64,000 bases of DNA. Origin: a virus. This document shows positions 58,723 through 64,000 of the stretch, piece by piece. Position 1 is the first letter of the stretch. The number at the start of each line of letters is the position of its first letter. A model generated the notes under the pieces. The model searched no databases. It had not been told where the DNA came from and saw only the letters and a program-made list of their open reading frames with translations. The position numbers and the translations under genes are program-made. Location: IMG/VR virus record IMGVR_UViG_3300033273_000550, positions 102,013-166,012 of that record. One strand, given 5' to 3'.

Positions 58723-58759
58723 ATATTTGTCTAACACCTTAAGTAATATATAAAGATAT

Positions 58760-59737
58760 ATGAGTTTATTAGAAGAAAGAGTTGTGTACAAACCGTTCGA
58801 ATATCCTAAAGCATTTGATTACTGGCTAAAGCAACAACAAGCACACTGGTTACATACAGAAGTACCTATGGCACAAGACGTATCTGACTGGAAAAGTAAT
58901 ATGAAAGATCATGAAAAAAACGTTGTTGGTGGGATATTGAAAGGATTCGCACAAACTGAAACTATTGTAAATGATTATTGGTCAACACTAGTAACTAAAT
59001 GGTTTAGAAAACCAGAAGTTATTATGATGGGAACTACATTAGGATCTTCAGAAACTATTCATGCCGAAGCATATTCTTTATTGAACGAACAATTAGGTTT
59101 AGATAATTTTGCCGAGTTTTTAGAAGATGAAACTACTATGGCAAAGATTGAAAACTTAATGAATGTAAGAGATGGTCATGATGGTACTCCTAACTGGCAT
59201 GATAGAGCTAAATCTTTAGCTATTTTCTCTGCATTTACTGAAGGTGTTAACTTGTTTTCTTCTTTTGCTGTTTTATTATCATTTAAAATGAGAAACTTAC
59301 TAAAAGGAGTAGGTCAGATTGTAGAATGGTCTGTTAGAGACGAATCATTACATTCAGATGCTGGATGTTGGCTATTTAGAACTTTAATGGAAGAACATCC
59401 AGAATTTAAAACTCCTGAATTAGTAGCTGATATTGAAGAAGCTGCTAAAAATGCTTTACAGTTAGAGTTTGACTTTATTGATAAGGTATTTGAAATGGGT
59501 GATTTAGAGAACTTAGGTAAGGAAGAGCTTAAAAACTTTATTCGTCATAGAGTAAATACTAAGATGAGTGATTTAGGTCTTAAACCTATCGTTCCTGCTT
59601 CAGAAATCGATAAAGGAGCATTAAAAACTATGAAGTGGTTTGATGCAGTTATTGCTGGTAAACAACAAACTGACTTCTTTGCAAATAGAGTTACTAATTA
59701 CGCTAAAGGCCATATGGACTGGTCATCAGCATTTTAA
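58760..59737 (+). CDS. nrdB: Ribonucleotide reductase class Ia beta subunit
   Basis: YKPFEYP, W...E, ETIH..AY, EGV..FSSF, RDESLH, DFF. Confidence 0.97.
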   Translation: MSLLEERVVYKPFEYPKAFDYWLKQQQAHWLHTEVPMAQDVSDWKSNMKDHEKNVVGGILKGFAQTETIVNDYWSTLVTKWFRKPEVIMMGTTLGSSETIHAEAYSLLNEQLGLDNFAEFLEDETTMAKIENLMNVRDGHDGTPNWHDRAKSLAIFSAFTEGVNLFSSFAVLLSFKMRNLLKGVGQIVEWSVRDESLHSDAGCWLFRTLMEEHPEFKTPELVADIEEAAKNALQLEFDFIDKVFEMGDLENLGKEELKNFIRHRVNTKMSDLGLKPIVPASEIDKGALKTMKWFDAVIAGKQQTDFFANRVTNYAKGHMDWSSAF

Positions 59738-59746
59738 ATAAAGGTT

Positions 59747-61462
59747 ATGAGTTTAGTAGTAGATACTTCCCAATGGGAAGCTGGCAAAGATTATCCTGAG
59801 TGGATGAATGAAGTTTCGATAGCAACTATCTCTAAAGGATATTTGTTACCCGACGAAACACCTAGAAAAGCATACAAACGTGTAGCAGACACGATTGCAA
59901 AAAGATTAGACCGACCAGATTTAGCGAGCAAATTCTTTCGCTATATGTGGAAAGGTTGGTTGAACTTAGCCTCACCTGTACTATCCAATACTGGAACCGA
60001 TAGAGGGCTCCCAATCTCTTGTTTTGGTATAGACACACCTGATTCGATTAGAGGAATAGGCCTTACTAACGCTGAGTTAATGAGGCTTACTTCCTTAGGT
60101 GGTGGAGTAGGTATTGGTTTATCTAAAGTTAGAGGTAGAGGAGAAAAAATCGGTAATGCAGGTATGGGACAATCAGAAGGAGTTGTGCCATGGGCTAAGA
60201 TTTATGATTCAACCATTATAGCAACAAATCAAGGTGCAGTAAGGCGTGGAGCAGCCTCTGTAAACTTAGATATTAATCACCCAGATATTAAAGAATACCT
60301 ACAGATCAGAAGACCTAAAGGGGATCCAAATCGCCAGTGTCTTAATCTACACCAATGTGTTGTAGTAGATGACTCTTTCATGCAAAAATTAGATCATAGA
60401 GATCCTGAGGCAATGGAACTGTGGGTAGAAATACTTAAATCAAGGGTAGAAACAGGTGAACCTTACCTTATGTTTAAGGATAATGTAAATAAAAATAATC
60501 CACCGGCATACGTTAAGAATAACTTGGATGTAACAATGACAAATATATGTTCCGAGATAACATTATTTACAGATGAAGAGCACAGCTTCATTTGCTGTCT
60601 TTCATCGGTTAACCTTACAAAATGGCATGAATGGCGCAACACAGATCTTATAGAAACAGCAATATATTTTTTAGACGGGGTCTTAGAAGAATTCTTAGCA
60701 AAAACTTCTGGAAGAGAATCATTGGTAAGAGCACACAGATCCGCTAAAAAAGGTAGAGCTATTGGTTTAGGAGTCTTAGGTTGGCATACATTATTACAGA
60801 ACGAAAGAATACCGTTTGCATCTATTGCAGCTACATCGTTAACTCATCAAATATTCTCTGATATTAGACAAAAAGCAGAAAATGCTTCGAGAAAATTAGC
60901 TGATGAGTATGGAGAACCAATTTGGTGTAGAGGTACAGGAATGAGAAACTCTCACTTACTAGCTATCGCACCTACTGTATCAAATTCTACAATATCAGGA
61001 GGTGTTTCAGCAGGTATAGAACCTGTACCAGCAAACGTCTATACATTTAACTCAGCAAAAGGTACATTTATACGTAAAAATCCTGCTTTAGAGTCTTACT
61101 TAGAAGAAAAAGGAGCTAACACAGAAGAAGTATGGGATCAAATTATGAAAGATAGAGGGTCTATCGCTAATTTACCTGAAGATGTTATGCCTGCAGAAGA
61201 TAAACCTATCTTTTTAACATTTGCAGAAATTAATCAGTTACAATTAGTAGAACAAGCTGCTGCTAGACAAAAGTATATTGATCAAACTCAATCGTTAAAT
61301 TTAGCATTTGATCCAACAGATTCACCTAAATTTATTAACCAAGTTCACCAAACGGCTTGGAGATTAGGAGTAAAAACACTATATTATTTAAGAACAGATT
61401 CAGTAATCAATGGAGATATTGGTTCAAGAACCGCAGAAGATTGTTTAAGTTGTGATGGATAA
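59747..61462 (+). CDS. nrdA: Ribonucleotide reductase class Ia alpha subunit (no ATP cone)
   Basis: PISCF, GGGVG, RRGA, TNICSEI, CCLSS, IAPT, KTLYY, C-terminal CLSCDG. Confidence 0.97.
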   Translation: MSLVVDTSQWEAGKDYPEWMNEVSIATISKGYLLPDETPRKAYKRVADTIAKRLDRPDLASKFFRYMWKGWLNLASPVLSNTGTDRGLPISCFGIDTPDSIRGIGLTNAELMRLTSLGGGVGIGLSKVRGRGEKIGNAGMGQSEGVVPWAKIYDSTIIATNQGAVRRGAASVNLDINHPDIKEYLQIRRPKGDPNRQCLNLHQCVVVDDSFMQKLDHRDPEAMELWVEILKSRVETGEPYLMFKDNVNKNNPPAYVKNNLDVTMTNICSEITLFTDEEHSFICCLSSVNLTKWHEWRNTDLIETAIYFLDGVLEEFLAKTSGRESLVRAHRSAKKGRAIGLGVLGWHTLLQNERIPFASIAATSLTHQIFSDIRQKAENASRKLADEYGEPIWCRGTGMRNSHLLAIAPTVSNSTISGGVSAGIEPVPANVYTFNSAKGTFIRKNPALESYLEEKGANTEEVWDQIMKDRGSIANLPEDVMPAEDKPIFLTFAEINQLQLVEQAAARQKYIDQTQSLNLAFDPTDSPKFINQVHQTAWRLGVKTLYYLRTDSVINGDIGSRTAEDCLSCDG

Positions 61463-61655
61463 AATAAAAGGACTAGGAGACGTACTATTTATAATAACAA
61501 AGTATACCGGAATCAGGTGGATCGTAAAAAAGATCTGGGGTGAAGATTGCGGATGCGATGAACGGCAAGATTTTCTTAATGAAAAGTTTAATTTTACTAA
61601 AGAAGATCTAGAAGCTGATTTATTAAAAAAACCAAAACCTACACCAAAGTTATGA
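61452..61655 (+). CDS. Small protein with CGC motif
   Basis: GLGD....ITKYTGI...DCGC.ER...LN. Confidence 0.65.
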   Translation: MMDKIKGLGDVLFIITKYTGIRWIVKKIWGEDCGCDERQDFLNEKFNFTKEDLEADLLKKPKPTPKL

Positions 61656-62926
61656 CAAAGAAAAAAGGTTCTATTTTTATACAAATTGCAAGTTATAGAG
61701 ATCCAGAATTAAGAAATACTCTAGCTTCACTTTTAGATAATGCTGATAACCCAGATAGGTTAAAAATATGTATTGCATGGCAGCATGCTAAGGCAGATGA
61801 GTGGGATACATTAGATGAGTATTTTGATGATAAGAGATTTAAGATAATTGATATAGATTATAGAGACTCAAAAGGAGCATGCTGGGCTAGAAACTTAATT
61901 CAACAAGAATACAACAATGAAGATTACACTCTTCAATTAGATTCTCATCATAGATTTACTAAAGGCTGGGATACAACGTTAATTGATATGTTAACAGACC
62001 TTCAGAAGAAAGGTCATAAAAAACCTCTTTTAACAGCTTATATTCCTTCGTTCAATCCTGAAAATGATCCTGAAGGTAGAGTACAAGTTCCATGGAAAAT
62101 GAACTTTGATAGGTTTACACCAGAAGGAGTAGTCTTTTTCTTACCTGCTGCTATTGATGATTGGCAGGAAAGAGATGAACCAGTGCCAGCTAGATTCTTC
62201 TCTGCTCACTTTACCTTTACCTTAGGTATTTTTGCTAAAGAAGTACAGCACGATCCTCAATTTTATTTCCATGGGGAAGAAATATCATTAGCAGTTAGAG
62301 CATTTACTCACGGTTACGATTTATTTCACCCTCATAGAGTTATTGCATGGCATGAATATACTAGAAAAGGTAGAACAAAACAGTGGGATGATGACCCAAT
62401 ATGGGCGGATAGAAATAGATTAACATTTCATAGACTAAAAGGTCTATTAGGCACTGATGGAACTACGTGTTCACCGTGTATGAGGAAAAGATTAGAACCA
62501 TATTATCTAGGAGAAGAAAGAACCTTAGAAGATTATGAGAGATATGCTGGAATTAGGTTTAAAGATAGAGGTATTCAAGAATGGACTACAGATAATAAAT
62601 ACCCACCTAATCCTGAGGTAGATGATTATGATAACTCTTTTAATTCCCTATTCAGACACTGTATAGACATACATTTAGACTCGGTCTCTGAAGATGATTA
62701 TGAATTTTGGGCTGTTGCGTTCCAGGATAAGGATGGAAACGACTTATATAGAAAAGATGCTGATGCCCAAGAAATTAAAGGATTGATTAATCATGCGAAA
62801 AATAATGATAATTGGATAAATCTATGGAGAGAATATACAGGTCCAGTGCCTGCAAGTTGGGTAGTATGGCCATATTCTAAGTCTAAAGAATGGTGTAATA
62901 GGTTAACCGGTAAATTAGGAGTATAA
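61652..62926 (+). CDS. GT60-like (GlcNAc family, Gnt1-type) glycosyltransferase
   Basis: SIFIQIASYRDPE, GACWAR, Y.LQLDSH.RF..GWD, LLTAY, F.GEE....VRAFT.GYD. Confidence 0.85.
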   Translation: MTKKKGSIFIQIASYRDPELRNTLASLLDNADNPDRLKICIAWQHAKADEWDTLDEYFDDKRFKIIDIDYRDSKGACWARNLIQQEYNNEDYTLQLDSHHRFTKGWDTTLIDMLTDLQKKGHKKPLLTAYIPSFNPENDPEGRVQVPWKMNFDRFTPEGVVFFLPAAIDDWQERDEPVPARFFSAHFTFTLGIFAKEVQHDPQFYFHGEEISLAVRAFTHGYDLFHPHRVIAWHEYTRKGRTKQWDDDPIWADRNRLTFHRLKGLLGTDGTTCSPCMRKRLEPYYLGEERTLEDYERYAGIRFKDRGIQEWTTDNKYPPNPEVDDYDNSFNSLFRHCIDIHLDSVSEDDYEFWAVAFQDKDGNDLYRKDADAQEIKGLINHAKNNDNWINLWREYTGPVPASWVVWPYSKSKEWCNRLTGKLGV

Positions 62927-63708
62927 TGGTTGTAGAAACCTATAATGAATTTAGTTTTATTTTAGGTTACTATCTACCTGAAGCTTTTACGTTGTATAAG
63001 GAAGGAAAACTAAAAGAAACAAAAAGTAGAATAGGGACTAAAGAATTTTTTTATTTTTCTCCTGATCATAAAGAATATAATAGACAGATTAATAATATAG
63101 AATTTAATCTTTCGAATTTTTATAGTAATAACTGTACATTAGTCGAAAATAAGTCTTTTCCTGATTTAAATACATACTATAAAAACGATAAGTATAAATT
63201 TGATAAACCGATAGTCACCATTCAGAATAAAAATAATATTGAATGGGGAGTAGATTTGTTTAATTTTTACTCTAATACTGATTTATCTGAAATTATTAAT
63301 ATATTAGGTAGTAAGTATCAAATAGTGTACATAAGAATGCCTGAAAAAGGAGCTTTTAATACAAGCCCTGACAGTGTAGGTTATGTAGACTTAAAAGATA
63401 AAGAATACTTAAAAGAAAATCACCCAGAAGTTACCATTTTAGATGACTTAGTTGAAGATAACTGGAATATTGAACAAATGAAAGCTATGGCTAACGCTGA
63501 TAAACACCTAACAGTAGCAGGTGGGGATGCAGTACTAGCAGCTTACTTTAAAGGTGACTTAGTAATATATAATTCATTAGGAACTACTGCTACTAATAGA
63601 GGCATATGGGGTACTAATTCTTATTTATCTAAATTTAGCGGTAGTAGTATAAACGGATTTAATGAAAAGTCTCAAATTTTAGATTATATTAAAAATAAAT
63701 GGCTATAG
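62926..63708 (+). CDS. Hypothetical protein, possibly GT-B-like
   Basis: 260 aa, coupled to GT60 gene; KPIVTIQNK..IEW, YQIVYIR, GGDAVLA. Confidence 0.5.
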   Translation: MVVETYNEFSFILGYYLPEAFTLYKEGKLKETKSRIGTKEFFYFSPDHKEYNRQINNIEFNLSNFYSNNCTLVENKSFPDLNTYYKNDKYKFDKPIVTIQNKNNIEWGVDLFNFYSNTDLSEIINILGSKYQIVYIRMPEKGAFNTSPDSVGYVDLKDKEYLKENHPEVTILDDLVEDNWNIEQMKAMANADKHLTVAGGDAVLAAYFKGDLVIYNSLGTTATNRGIWGTNSYLSKFSGSSINGFNEKSQILDYIKNKWL

Positions 63709-64000
63709 ACGTAAGAATACATTATTATAAAAATGAAAAGTGGGGTAGATACCACTTACCTTGGATTACTCAATTCTCGGAATATATCAAAAAGTACCAT
63801 ACTGTCGAACTTAAGGATTATTATAAAGGTGATGGTAAGTGGGACGGACCTATAGATTTACAAGAACCTATTCTATTTAATAGAGCAAAAACAACCAACC
63901 CAGGAATCGGAGATACAGATTTTATTATAGAAAATCTTAATAATAACGAGATAGTAGTTGTTACGTTTTGTAAATTCTTTCATCACCGTATGGTACATTG
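63699..64000 (+). CDS. Hypothetical protein (3' truncated by window edge)
   Basis: ATG 63699 opens MAIDVRIHYYKNEKWGRYHLPW..., with no stop to the window end. Confidence 0.6.
   Translation, partial: MAIDVRIHYYKNEKWGRYHLPWITQFSEYIKKYHTVELKDYYKGDGKWDGPIDLQEPILFNRAKTTNPGIGDTDFIIENLNNNEIVVVTFCKFFHHRMVH

Noticed and set aside
11004-59746. Recurrent A(A/G)GTT just upstream of several start codons as a novel ribosome-binding motif
   Set aside because: Variable spacing and low complexity; I cannot distinguish it from AT-rich background without a statistical test
58760-61462. Introns, inteins or homing endonucleases in nrdB/nrdA
   Set aside because: Both ORFs are continuous and compact with no insertion or HNH/LAGLIDADG motifs
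61486-61493. Another exact TATTTATA
   Set aside because: It lies inside a coding sequence about 160 nt from the next start and is consistent with chance in AT-rich DNA
208-61684. Minus-strand ORFs in the track (e.g. 3953-4396, 9142-9630, 57686-58084) and the + strand alternative-frame ORF 57762-58055
   Set aside because: All lie inside longer, motif-bearing + strand genes and have no recognisable motifs; they are shadow ORFs
1-64000. Alternative genetic code (stop-codon reassignment as in some Bacteroidota phages)
   Set aside because: Standard code gives full-length proteins with tight overlaps, and TAG, TAA and TGA all end genes at sensible boundaries
1-64000. Eukaryotic giant virus or bacterial chromosome origin (GT7, GT60, cadherin, capsule genes)
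   Set aside because: Sheath, tube, tape measure, baseplate, gp32 and UvsX in operons show a tailed bacteriophage; no tRNA, rRNA or housekeeping ribosomal genes were seen

Overview
All 64 kb is one + strand-coded segment of a large, AT-rich, contractile-tailed (T4-like/jumbo-type myovirus) phage genome. Genes lack Shine-Dalgarno motifs and have A-rich leaders, which suggests a Bacteroidota host (inference). Layout: (1) 1-11 kb: a 5'-truncated cadherin-repeat adhesin and five Ser/Thr/Gly-rich, repeat-built fibre genes, the last ending in a Peptidase_S74 chaperone. (2) 11-40.5 kb: a tightly coupled run of about 37 glycan-synthesis/tailoring and unknown genes. It holds many glycosyltransferases (two GT7s with an inserted LamG lectin domain), NeuB/NeuA-like nonulosonate enzymes, two HAD + BcbE-type nucleotidyltransferase modules, a UDP-sugar dehydrogenase, 2 sulfotransferases, 3 radical SAM enzymes, 3 2OG-Fe(II) oxygenases, 2 SGNH proteins, a methyltransferase, a PLP enzyme, a 2-hydroxyacid dehydrogenase and 2-3 ParB/Srx-like proteins. 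(3) 40.8-52.5 kb: sheath, tube, tail chaperone with a likely +1 frameshift, tape measure and baseplate genes with an M23 peptidase fusion. (4) 52.5-61.5 kb: a short atypical PolA, gp32-like SSB, UvsX, 5'-3' exonuclease, helicase and NrdB/NrdA. (5) From 61.6 kb a second glyco block begins with a GT60-like enzyme. A TATTTATA motif (the reverse complement of the T4 late promoter) precedes structural genes and one glycan sub-operon. The best candidate for an undescribed system is a late-expressed, phage-encoded pathway that builds a nonulosonate-containing, heavily tailored glycan, probably on the virion fibres. No database searches were run; family calls come from motifs read by eye.
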